A stretch of DNA of 32,000 bases from Pirellula staleyi DSM 6068 (GCA_000025185.1 CP001848.1:720001-752000); one strand, 5' to 3'; numbered from the stretch's first letter, positions 1 to 9,445 are shown. Made by a program: numbers and translations. Notes: a model not told the origin generated them from the sequence alone.

Positions 1-264
1 AACATGCAGCGCTTTGGCCAGGCCATCACCAGCGTGCTCGAAGCGTACTATCCCATTCACTTCGGAATCGATTTCGCCCCGGCACAGGTCTCTGAACAGC
101 CCGGCGCTAAGCCTCGAGAAGAGCCTCCGGTGCAGCCCCATTCCCAGCCCGCAGCCACGTCCGCAGCACAGTCTGCCCCGAGCACTCCCGCTGCTACAGC
201 CGAGCCCCTCGCACCACGCCTGCGACCACGTCTCCGCTCCCGCATGCGTGGCGGCTGCGAGTGA
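1..264 (+). CDS. 3' end of a hypothetical protein (partial, continues upstream of the window); Pro/Ala/Ser-rich with an Arg-rich tail
   Basis: Frame 1 is open from base 1 to TGA at 262-264. Third codon positions are GC-rich. No family recognised. Confidence 0.4.
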   Translation, partial: NMQRFGQAITSVLEAYYPIHFGIDFAPAQVSEQPGAKPREEPPVQPHSQPAATSAAQSAPSTPAATAEPLAPRLRPRLRSRMRGGCE

Positions 265-566
265 AATAACAGCCCCTTGGCACAAATCGCACATCGACAC
301 TCAGCGTGGCAAGCAGGGGCCTGCCCTACTGCTTCGTCAAACGATCAAAGTCAGGCAGCAATGAGCAGGCTTCCATCCAGTGTGCCACTGGGCTCTGCCC
401 AGTGAGAAGTGTAAATAGGCTCTATGTTTCAGGCAGATTTTTGCCCAAAACATCGGTTCCAGCTTCTGCACTGGCAAAATGCCAGTGGCACCCAAAACAC
501 GTGACATTGGTCGATAGACGAAGTACTACGGATCTGCCCCAACACTTTGTCCCGCCTCCCGCCTAC

Positions 567-1376
567 TCACTCCCACTCGGTGCGGTTGAACTTGTGGGTG
601 CCGCTGAGGAAGAGGGAGTCGCGGAGGTAATAGCGGAGGAGCATATCCTGCGCGCTAGTGACCCCGATCCGGGGAGAGCGCGCGAAAGCGCAATTTGTTG
701 CGCTGTGGCGCGCGTTGGGCGCGTGCCGCGCGCGGACAGCCGAGGTCACGCGCGGCGCGAGCGGGCTGTTTGCACAAAGCGGGGATGCGAGGCTGACAAG
801 GCTCTCTAGGCTCTCGGTGATCCAGAGCTGCGACCCCAGCAGCAGATCGTGCTTATCGAGCGACCGGTCGATCGCCAGCGCCTGGCAGAGCCGACCAGGC
901 CCCCGGGCCAGGTCGCGGAGCAACTTCAAGGGGAACTGCGGGGCTCTATCCGGCGTAAGGAACTGGCCGCGCTCTGAATTTCGTGATTCACCCGCATCAG
1001 CCCCCGGCAGGTCGATTCCGCGATGCTGGGCCATGCTGGCGAGCCCCACCAGAGGCTCGATCGCCCGGATCAGAACGGCGGATGGTTTCCCCTCACGCTC
1101 GGTGACGACATTCAGGCAGTGCCGCGCGTGAATGGCGTAAACATAGACCAGCCCGGCCCTTTCAAACATCGTGCTGTTCTTGCGCGTCATCCCTCGACTG
1201 GCATGACAGGCCGGATCGCCGGTCGCTAGGTAGGCTTCGGTCTCGACAATGCGTCCGGCGAGGAGCATGGATCCCAACTGTCCCCTGACTTGGCGGACTA
1301 AAATTTTGCCAAGTAAGTCGCGGGCCACGACTTCTGGTTTTCGGGCAAAAAAATGCTTGCCAAGTGATGTGTTCAT
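567..1376 (-). CDS. mpg: DNA-3-methyladenine glycosylase, AAG/Mpg family
   Basis: ATG at 1376 and TGA at 567-569. Hallmark blocks are FFARKPEVVARDLLGKILV, GRIVETEAYLATGDPACHASRGMTRKNSTMF, GLVYVYAIHARHCLNVV and C-terminal SPRIGV. At 269 aa it is longer than typical family members because of two inserts. Confidence 0.85.
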   Translation of the reverse strand: MNTSLGKHFFARKPEVVARDLLGKILVRQVRGQLGSMLLAGRIVETEAYLATGDPACHASRGMTRKNSTMFERAGLVYVYAIHARHCLNVVTEREGKPSAVLIRAIEPLVGLASMAQHRGIDLPGADAGESRNSERGQFLTPDRAPQFPLKLLRDLARGPGRLCQALAIDRSLDKHDLLLGSQLWITESLESLVSLASPLCANSPLAPRVTSAVRARHAPNARHSATNCAFARSPRIGVTSAQDMLLRYYLRDSLFLSGTHKFNRTEWE

Positions 1377-1754
1377 CTGTACAAAGAAGCAGGTGACGTG
1401 TGGTCAGGTGTTCAGTAGGTTTTTCGGGTTCGGGGAGATGTTAGGTTGAGGTAAATAGCAGCATGCTGGTACACTCATTGCTAGCACTGAGTGAGTTTTG
1501 GAAGTGGAGAAAATAAATTCGTGGTGAAAGCACAACCTGTTGTGCCATCACGGGGTGGAAAGTCACAACTGGTTGATTTTCAACGAGTTGCGTCTTCACA
1601 CAAACCTCGCGGGAGGGTCAGGCGGCTCGAGGGTGTTGGTCGTAAGTCGTTGCTATCATGCAACCTGCGACTAAAAAAAATGATGCTATTGACGCTTCGT
1701 TTCCGAACACTACAACAGAACGCCTACCAAGGGTTGTGGCGAGTTTCTTAGACT

Positions 1755-1770
1755 CCACAATAGATGGTGT
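1755..1770. promoter_or_regulatory. NrdR-box-like imperfect palindrome upstream of nrdJ
   Basis: CCACAATAGATGGTGT matches the published NrdR box consensus acaCwAtATaTwGtgt at 13 of 16 positions (hand count). A left-half-only match, ACACTACAA, lies at 1707-1715. Confidence 0.3.
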
Positions 1771-1921
1771 ACCACGGAGGGTATTTTCCTGCCTTTGCTG
1801 GCCTACCCATCTTACCGTTCAGGATGCTTTTTGACCCTTTCGCGGTTGTCCCGTCCGAGTCTTAAGCCTCTCCCAACACGTTGGTTTTCTATGGTGTCCT
1901 TTTGTATCATTGCATGAAGCT

Positions 1922-1955
1922 ACTTGTCTTCACGAAGAAGCAAGTTCGGTTTTTT
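1922..1955 (+). promoter_or_regulatory. Leader hairpin plus T-run directly upstream of the nrdJ ribosome-binding site (possible attenuator)
   Basis: ACTTGTCTTC/GAAGCAAGT forms a 9-bp stem with one bulged T and a 5-nt loop (1922-1945). It is followed by TCGG and then TTTTTT (1950-1955). The SD AAGGAG is at 1960-1965. Confidence 0.25.
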
Positions 1956-1972
1956 GCAGAAGGAGCTGATGC

Positions 1973-4900
1973 ATGGCGAGTGTGAGCACGCCCCGGTCTG
2001 GTTCAACCCCACGTGGTGGCATGAAGAAGATAGACGCAATTCGCGAACTTCAGAAGGGCTTGCGCGTTGAGCCAACCTTCTGCCCAGCCGACCTGGCTGA
2101 CCCGTTTGACTCGGTGAATTGGGAGCTCCGTAGCGCCCAAATCAAGGACGAAAACGGCAAGCTGATGTTCGAGCAAACCGACGTGGAAATCCCCGCCGGG
2201 TGGACTCAGCTGGCCACGAATGTGATCGTCAGCAAATACTTTTATGGCGAAAATGGCACCGCTGAGCGCGAACGAAGCGTCAAGCAGCTGATTCACCGCG
2301 TGACCCGCACGATCGCCGACTGGGGGATCGAAGACGGCTATTTCGCCTCGGCTGAAGATGGCGAGCAGTTCTATCGCGAGCTCACCTGGCTCTGCCTCAA
2401 TCAGCACGGCGCGTTCAACTCGCCAGTCTGGTTCAACGTCGGTCTGTTCAATCAGTACGGCGTGACCGGCGCGAAGTGCAACTGGCGCTGGAACCCTGAA
2501 ACCGGCACCACCGAACAGCCCGAGAACCCCTACGAGTATCCGCAAGGCTCGGCCTGCTTTATCCAAAGCGTGGACGACAACATGGAAGCCATCATGCGAT
2601 TGGCGACCAGCGAAGCGATGCTCTTTAAGTTCGGCAGCGGCACCGGCACCGATCTCTCGACCCTCCGCTCGCACCGCGAGAAGCTGTCGGGTGGTGGCAA
2701 GCCAAGCGGCCCGCTCTCGTTCATGCGTGTCTACGACCAAATCGCGGCCGTGGTGAAGAGTGGTGGCAAGACCCGCCGCGCTGCCAAGATGCAGTCGCTC
2801 AAGGTGTGGCACCCCGATATTCTCGAGTTCGTCGAGTGCAAGTGGAAGGAAGAGCGCAAGGCTCACGTCCTGATCGAAAAGGGTGGCTACGAAGCCAACT
2901 TCAACGGCGAAGCTTACAGCAGCATTCTGTTCCAGAACGCGAACCTCTCGGTCCGTCTGACCGACGAGTTCATGCAAGCTCACGAGAAGAACGAAAAGTG
3001 GGCGACCCACTGGATCACCGACGCTTCGAAGGAAGGTCCTGTCTACGAAGCACGCTGGCTGCTCAATCGCATGGCCGAATGTGCCTGGCAGTGCGGCGAT
3101 CCTGGCGTGCAGTACGACACCACCATCAACAAGTGGCACACCTGCCCGAACTCGGGTCGCATTAATGCGAGCAACCCTTGCTCGGAATACATGTTCCTCG
3201 ACGACACCGCGTGCAACCTCAGCAGCATCAACCTGATGAAGTTCCGCGAGGCCGATGGTTCGTTCAACGTCGATCGGTTCAAGACCGCTTGCCGCTTGTT
3301 CTTCATCGCGCAGGAAATCCTGGTCGATCACGCCAGCTATCCGACCGAGCAGATCGCTCGTAACAGCCACGCTTTCCGACCACTCGGCCTCGGTTACTCG
3401 AACCTTGGCAGCTTGATCATGAGCAACGGCCTGCCTTACGACAGCGAAGCTGCTTACGGCCTGTGCGGTTCGGTCACCGCCCTGCTGCATGGTGCTGCGA
3501 ACCTCGCGAGCGCCGAAATGGCAGCCGTGGTTGGTCCGTTCGAAGGCTACGAAGCCAATCGCGAACCGTTCCTCCGCGTCATGCAAATGCACCGCGATGC
3601 CGTGGAAGATATCAATCCTGCTGGTCCTGCCGACCTGCAAGAGGCTGCCCGCGCCACGTGGGATCAGGTCCTCGCGCTTGGTCGTCGCACCGGTTTCCGC
3701 AACGCACAGGCAACCGTGCTTGCTCCCACCGGAACGATCAGCTTCATGATGGACTGCGACACCACCGGTATCGAGCCCGATATCGCCCTGGTGAAGTACA
3801 AGCAGCTCGCTGGTGGCGGCATGCTGAAGATCGTCAACGGCACAGTGCCGATGGCACTCGGCAAGCTCGGCTACGACGATCCGCAGATCAAGGGCATCCT
3901 GAAGTACGTCAACGAGAACGACACCATCGAAGGTGCACCCGAACTCGCCGACGAGCATCTCGCCGTGTTTGATTGTGCGTTCAAGCCGGCCAATGGCGTA
4001 CGCAGCATCAACTGGCGTGCTCACATCCGCATGATGGCAGCGGCTCAGCCGTTCCTCAGCGGTGCGATCAGCAAGACGGTGAACATGCCGACCGACGTAA
4101 CGCCAGCCGACATCGGCGACGCATATACGTGGGGCTGGCAGTTGGGTCTCAAGGCTTTGGCGATCTACCGCGACGGTAGCAAGCAGAGCCAACCCCTCAA
4201 CACCAAGAACGACGCGAGCAAAGAGAAAGAAGCTGCCGCTCCAGCCGAGAAGGCAGTTGCCAAACCTCGTCGCGAACGTCTGCCCGACACCCGTCAGTCG
4301 GTTACGCACAAGTTCAACGTCGGTGGTCACGAAGGTTATATCAACGTCGGTCTTTACCCAGACGGACGCCCCGGCGAACTCTTCATCACCATGGCGAAGG
4401 AAGGTTCGACGATTGGCGGCTTGATGGATGCCTTCGGCACTGCGGTCTCGATGAGCTTGCAGTATGGTGTGCCGCTGGAAGTGCTCGTCAACAAGTTCTC
4501 GCACACGCGGTTCGAGCCGATGGGTCACACGACCAATCCCGACATCCGCATCGCGAAGAGCGTGGTCGACTACATCTTCCGCTGGCTCGGCATCAACTTC
4601 CTCGACGGTTATCGCGAAGCCTCGCTCGGCTATGCTGCCACAGCAACCACCAGCGATGATCAGCGCTCGCCCGCCGCCACGAAGGCTGGTGGGCCAACTG
4701 CCGCAGGAAGCACTGCAACTGCCAGCCTCCCTGCTGCTCCACAACCTGCAGGCAAAGAAGCCACCACCAGCAGCACTCCTGCTGCTGCCGCGACCAGTGC
4801 GATCACCCGATCGGCTGCCGCTGCTGTGGAAGCTGCTCGCCCCACGGGCAAGCCAGCTGCTGCGAAAGTGGAAGTTGCCAGCCTGAGCAGCAAGAACGGG

Positions 4901-5098
4901 GTCGACACCGACCTGCTCGAACGAGCCGGTGTGGCGATGAAAGTCGACAACAACGGTGCTCCGATTGGCAGCCGCAGCGAACAGTTCGCTAAGTTCCAGT
5001 CCGACGCTCCGAGCTGTGGCTACTGCGGTAACATCACCGTGCGTAACGGTAACTGCTACCTCTGCCACAACTGCGGCAACAGCATGGGCTGCTCGTAA
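1973..5098 (+). CDS. nrdJ: Class II (adenosylcobalamin-dependent) ribonucleoside-diphosphate/triphosphate reductase
   Basis: 1041-aa ORF with ATG 7 nt after AAGGAG. It carries the RNR active-site block NASNPCSEYMFLDDTACNLSSINL, and the overall block order is typical of NrdJ. The C-terminal Cys cluster CGYCGNITVRNGNCYLCHNCGNSMGC is as described for class II RNR tails. Confidence 0.95.
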   Translation: MASVSTPRSGSTPRGGMKKIDAIRELQKGLRVEPTFCPADLADPFDSVNWELRSAQIKDENGKLMFEQTDVEIPAGWTQLATNVIVSKYFYGENGTAERERSVKQLIHRVTRTIADWGIEDGYFASAEDGEQFYRELTWLCLNQHGAFNSPVWFNVGLFNQYGVTGAKCNWRWNPETGTTEQPENPYEYPQGSACFIQSVDDNMEAIMRLATSEAMLFKFGSGTGTDLSTLRSHREKLSGGGKPSGPLSFMRVYDQIAAVVKSGGKTRRAAKMQSLKVWHPDILEFVECKWKEERKAHVLIEKGGYEANFNGEAYSSILFQNANLSVRLTDEFMQAHEKNEKWATHWITDASKEGPVYEARWLLNRMAECAWQCGDPGVQYDTTINKWHTCPNSGRINASNPCSEYMFLDDTACNLSSINLMKFREADGSFNVDRFKTACRLFFIAQEILVDHASYPTEQIARNSHAFRPLGLGYSNLGSLIMSNGLPYDSEAAYGLCGSVTALLHGAANLASAEMAAVVGPFEGYEANREPFLRVMQMHRDAVEDINPAGPADLQEAARATWDQVLALGRRTGFRNAQATVLAPTGTISFMMDCDTTGIEPDIALVKYKQLAGGGMLKIVNGTVPMALGKLGYDDPQIKGILKYVNENDTIEGAPELADEHLAVFDCAFKPANGVRSINWRAHIRMMAAAQPFLSGAISKTVNMPTDVTPADIGDAYTWGWQLGLKALAIYRDGSKQSQPLNTKNDASKEKEAAAPAEKAVAKPRRERLPDTRQSVTHKFNVGGHEGYINVGLYPDGRPGELFITMAKEGSTIGGLMDAFGTAVSMSLQYGVPLEVLVNKFSHTRFEPMGHTTNPDIRIAKSVVDYIFRWLGINFLDGYREASLGYAATATTSDDQRSPAATKAGGPTAAGSTATASLPAAPQPAGKEATTSSTPAAAATSAITRSAAAAVEAARPTGKPAAAKVEVASLSSKNGVDTDLLERAGVAMKVDNNGAPIGSRSEQFAKFQSDAPSCGYCGNITVRNGNCYLCHNCGNSMGCS

Positions 5099-5122
5099 GT
5101 CGTAAGAGTTTTGTAAGTAGCG

Positions 5123-5154
5123 TGCTTGGATGAATCTCGCCATTCATCCAAGCA
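5123..5154 (+). terminator. Perfect 13-bp stem-loop 25 nt after the nrdJ stop (no U-tract)
   Basis: TGCTTGGATGAAT (5123-5135) pairs with ATTCATCCAAGCA (5142-5154) around a 6-nt loop. The pairing was checked base by base. Confidence 0.4.
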
Positions 5155-5284
5155 AGTGGGTGGCACTGCTGGCTGGCCCAGCAGTGTGCATTCCGTAGGG
5201 CCGGTTCCACCGGCCGTCTGCCGAACAGACTCGCGACTAATAAACCGAAAGCTGTGCTGCCTCATCGCAGCACGGCTCACTCAT

Positions 5285-5620
5285 CCGCCACCAGCAACAA
5301 CTTTTGTTCCCCTGCTGGCGGAGCATGCGAACGATCATTACAAAATGTGACTTGCCAGCCGCATCTGCGGATCGCAAGTGACTAGCGATAACGAAAGCAC
5401 TTGTTCACCGACCATCCAACCTGGTAGTCGTCACTCGACCTTGCTACCAAGACCGATGCCTGCCCTTGCTCCTGCAATAGGAGGCCCAGAGCAGGCATCA
5501 ACCGACATGCGGGTTGCTCTTATGGATTTGGGACCAGGACGTCCCGAGCAGCCCGCCTGACGAAACCCAAAACGCCTGGCACTTTCGATCCACTCGAGAG
5601 TGTCAGGCGTTTTCTTTTTT
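5285..5620 (+). ncRNA. Candidate structured non-coding RNA, or a long structured nrdJ 3' UTR, ending at an intrinsic terminator
   Basis: Consecutive stem-loops lie at 5285-5321, 5350-5379, 5420-5451, 5455-5499 (9-bp outer stem GATGCCTGC/GCAGGCATC with a nested CTCCT/AGGAG) and 5530-5545, followed by the terminator at 5569-5620. There is no convincing ORF. Confidence 0.25.
5569..5620 (+). terminator. Rho-independent terminator (A-tract, GC-rich stem, U-tract; potentially bidirectional)
   Basis: AAAACGCCTGGCAC (5569-5582) pairs with GTGTCAGGCGTTTT (5600-5613), with one G-U pair, around a 17-nt loop. The U-tract TTCTTTTTT runs to 5620. Confidence 0.65.
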
Positions 5621-5686
5621 GGAAATTCTCCAACCCTCGCCGCCAATCGCTTGCGCCGCGAAGCAGGCCTCGCGCCGTCCAAATCG

Positions 5687-5730
5687 TGCGCGACATACCG
5701 CTATACTTAGTGTGTCGCGTGCGACGCACC
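5687..5730. promoter_or_regulatory. Inverted repeat bracketing a TATACT -10-like hexamer upstream of the HIT gene
   Basis: CGCGACA (5690-5696) and TGTCGCG (5713-5719) flank TATACT (5702-5707). A near-direct repeat GTGCGCGAC / GTGCGAC is also present. No good -35 element was found. Confidence 0.2.
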
Positions 5731-5769
5731 GATCCACTTCCTCACTCTCTTCCGTGCGATTTCACACCC

Positions 5770-6114
5770 ATGTCCAAAACCATCTTCCAGCGGATCATCG
5801 ATAAAGAGATCCCGGCCAACATCGTCTACGAAGACAGCCTCTGCCTCGCTTTCCACGATGTCAGCCCGCAAGCGCCGGTGCATGTGCTGGTGATTCCCAA
5901 AAAGCCGATCGTCAACCTCGCCGATTTCGACGATGGCGATCAGGCTCTCGGCGGGCATCTGCTGTGGGTCATCAAAGTGGTCGCCGAAAAACTAGGGGTC
6001 GACAAGTCGGGCTATCGCGTGGTGGCTAACGTCGGGCCCGATGGCGGCCAAAGTGTCGACCATCTCCATTTCCACATCCTTGCCAAACGGCCCCTCGCCT
6101 GGCCGCCAGGTTAA
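5770..6114 (+). CDS. HIT-family (histidine triad) nucleotide hydrolase, Hint-like
   Basis: ATG at 5770 gives MSKTIFQRIIDKEIPANIVYED. The blocks HVLVIPKKP and the histidine triad HLHFHIL are present. The upstream part of the ORF (5686-5769) looks non-coding. Confidence 0.9.
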   Translation: MSKTIFQRIIDKEIPANIVYEDSLCLAFHDVSPQAPVHVLVIPKKPIVNLADFDDGDQALGGHLLWVIKVVAEKLGVDKSGYRVVANVGPDGGQSVDHLHFHILAKRPLAWPPG

Positions 6115-6213
6115 TCGGCGCATCAATATTCTCGCTTTGGTAATGCTCGCGAGCGCTATAATTCGCAGCTTCACAACACCGCCACTCGCCAACGCCACTT
6201 GAAAGCCCCTTTC

Positions 6214-7227
6214 ATGACTACGATTGATGCCTGGGTAGCAGCGTCGAAGAAATCGAAGTTGACGCGCGAGCAGATCGACCTCGGACCGATCGGCGCGGAA
6301 GAGGTGGAAGTTGCTGTCGAACATTGCGGCATCTGCCACTCCGATCTGTCGGTGCTCAACGACGACTGGGGAGTCTCGTCCTATCCTGCCGTTCTGGGAC
6401 ACGAAGCTGTTGGGCGCGTCACCGCGGTTGGCTCGGCTGCCAAGGGGCTGAAAGTGGGGCAGCGCGTTGGGATCGGCTGGAACTCCGGCAGCTGCATGCA
6501 TTGCCGTCCGTGCAAATCGGGCAAGAATCAGCTTTGCTCGCAAGCGCAGCCTACGATCATCGGCCATCGGGGCGGATTCGCCAGCCACATGCGGGCCCAC
6601 TGGGCCTGGACGATTCCCCTGCCCGAAAACCTCAACGTCGCCGAGTCGGGGCCCCTGCTCTGCGGCGGCATCACCGTGTTCAACCCGATTGCCATGTATG
6701 CCCAACCGACCAGCAGCGTGGGGATTGTGGGGATCGGTGGCCTGGGGCATATGGGAGTGAAATTCGCCGCCGCTTACGGCTGTGAAGTCACAGCATTTAC
6801 GTCGAGCGAAAGCAAGTTCGACGAAGCACGCTCGTTCGGTGCCACGAATGTCGTCTCCAGCCGCGACTCCGCAGCGATCAGCCAACTCGCTGGCAAGCTC
6901 GATCTGCTGATCGTCACCGTGAATGTTTCGCTCGACTGGCCGGCCCTCCTTAGTGCATTGGCCCCCAACGGTCGGCTGCATGTGGTTGGCGCGGTGCTCG
7001 AGCCGATGTCGATCCCCGCCCTGCCGCTGATCTTCGGCCAGAAGAGCATCTCCGGTTCACCCACCGGTTCGCCGGTCGATATGGAAGTGATGCTCGAGTT
7101 CGCTGCTCGTCACAACATCACGCCGCAAACCGAGCACTATCCGATGAGCCAGATCAACGAAGCGTTCGAGCGCCTCGAGTCGGGCAAAGCTCGCTATCGG
7201 ATCATCCTCGATAGCGATTTTAATTAA
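6214..7227 (+). CDS. Zn-dependent NAD(P) alcohol dehydrogenase (YahK / cinnamyl-alcohol-dehydrogenase-like MDR)
   Basis: Motifs CGICHSD, GHEAVGRV and a structural Zn Cys cluster (CMHCRPCKSGKNQLC) are present, along with the GIGGLGH dinucleotide fold. ATG at 6214; an alternative TTG lies at 6199. Confidence 0.9.
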   Translation: MTTIDAWVAASKKSKLTREQIDLGPIGAEEVEVAVEHCGICHSDLSVLNDDWGVSSYPAVLGHEAVGRVTAVGSAAKGLKVGQRVGIGWNSGSCMHCRPCKSGKNQLCSQAQPTIIGHRGGFASHMRAHWAWTIPLPENLNVAESGPLLCGGITVFNPIAMYAQPTSSVGIVGIGGLGHMGVKFAAAYGCEVTAFTSSESKFDEARSFGATNVVSSRDSAAISQLAGKLDLLIVTVNVSLDWPALLSALAPNGRLHVVGAVLEPMSIPALPLIFGQKSISGSPTGSPVDMEVMLEFAARHNITPQTEHYPMSQINEAFERLESGKARYRIILDSDFN

Positions 7228-7258
7228 GTAGACCTCCGAGAATCATGAGCTGCTTGAG

Positions 7259-7849
7259 CTACCGAGCAGTCCGGAACAGCTTGGCGGTTCCGAAGCGAAT
7301 CCCTTGCAGGTTGGCTTGCTCGATGGCATGTCGCAGCGGCCGACTGAGGAAGTGATACCCAAACCGAACAGGTCGATAGACCGGCAGCAGATCGAGCTCT
7401 CGGAGCGCCGGGTCGGCCAAGATCGACTGCTCGATTTGCGTGATCGAAAGCGTCGCCTCCCACTCGGGAGTCGGCTGCGGAAGGTGGAGCCAGAAGTAGC
7501 CCGCAATCGGCTGGCGGCGGTGCTCCATCGGCAACGGGTAGTAGCGATGCGGTGGAAGCTTAAACCCTTCCAGGAGTCGGCGAAACCGCTCGCTGATGAT
7601 GAGTCCATACGAAGGGAGTGGCGACGACGGAATCAGGTCGAGCAGTTTGCTTTTGGCCTCGATCATCACGGTATGAAAATCGGGTTCAAAGTCCGCGAGC
7701 CGATCGCCAGGAATCTGACGAACCGAGTTGGGCCCAGCGTAGTCGTACGTTTTCCCCATCGTTTGATGAGGTGGATAGGGACCACCAAACGCCGTGGGAT
7801 CGACGTCGAGCGTCGACCATGGAAACTTCGTCGCGCTGGGACTTTCCAT
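7259..7849 (-). CDS. Hypothetical protein, possibly Imm11/DUF1629-like immunity-type protein
   Basis: ATG at 7849 is preceded by GAGGTG. The segment AKSKLLDLIPSSPLPSYGLIISERFRRLLEGFKLPPHRYYPLPM...GYFWLHL resembles the Imm11 pattern from memory only. Confidence 0.5.
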   Translation of the reverse strand: MESPSATKFPWSTLDVDPTAFGGPYPPHQTMGKTYDYAGPNSVRQIPGDRLADFEPDFHTVMIEAKSKLLDLIPSSPLPSYGLIISERFRRLLEGFKLPPHRYYPLPMEHRRQPIAGYFWLHLPQPTPEWEATLSITQIEQSILADPALRELDLLPVYRPVRFGYHFLSRPLRHAIEQANLQGIRFGTAKLFRTAR

Positions 7850-7921
7850 CGATGCCACCTCGCGAAATAAGACTCGCCGAGCCCAAGCTGGCGAGTCGTC
7901 GATTCCGGTCCTCAGCGAGGG

Positions 7922-9299
<1,378 letters not shown>

Positions 9300-9317
9300 G
9301 GTGCTCTTCTAGTTCAT

Positions 9318-9370
9318 ACGTTTACGTACGTTCCATCATATAATGTACCTGAAAAGACTCGTAAATACAA
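9318..9370 (-). promoter_or_regulatory. Candidate marR promoter with palindromic operator
   Basis: On the minus strand, TTGTAT (9370-9365), a 17-nt spacer and TACATT (9347-9342) form a promoter-like arrangement. The perfect palindrome ACGTACGT (9324-9331) sits within ACGTTTACGTACGT, between the -10 and the ATG at 9299. Confidence 0.3.
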
Positions 9371-9445
9371 TCAAAGTGCGCAGGCATACGATCAAACCGA
9401 GAGCTTAGAGCACTTTCGGCCTCCAGGTGAAGAGGGTTTTGGGGT

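Noticed and set aside
1440-1760. Possible cobalamin riboswitch or small ORF (1491-1751) in the nrdJ upstream region
   Set aside because: I found no B12-box-like core, only loose resemblances (GGTGAAAG, AGGGTCAGGCGGC). B12 riboswitches normally control B12-independent RNRs, not NrdJ. The 86-aa ORF has no RBS and an implausible composition. A cmscan would settle it.
2003-5143. A 1046-aa ORF antisense to nrdJ, spanning the whole gene
   Set aside because: The plus-strand product is unmistakably NrdJ. The antisense product is Arg/Ala/Gly/Val-rich with no motifs. Long open antisense frames are an expected by-product of GC-rich third positions.
5529-5556. Partial resemblance to SRP RNA domain IV (CCAGGAC...GAGCAGCC)
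   Set aside because: There is no GNAR tetraloop and the fold does not reproduce the conserved symmetric and asymmetric loops.
9339-9344. A perfect TATAAT on the plus strand in the marR upstream region
   Set aside because: No plus-strand gene lies downstream (the next genes are all on the minus strand). The AT-rich patch is better explained as part of the minus-strand marR promoter.
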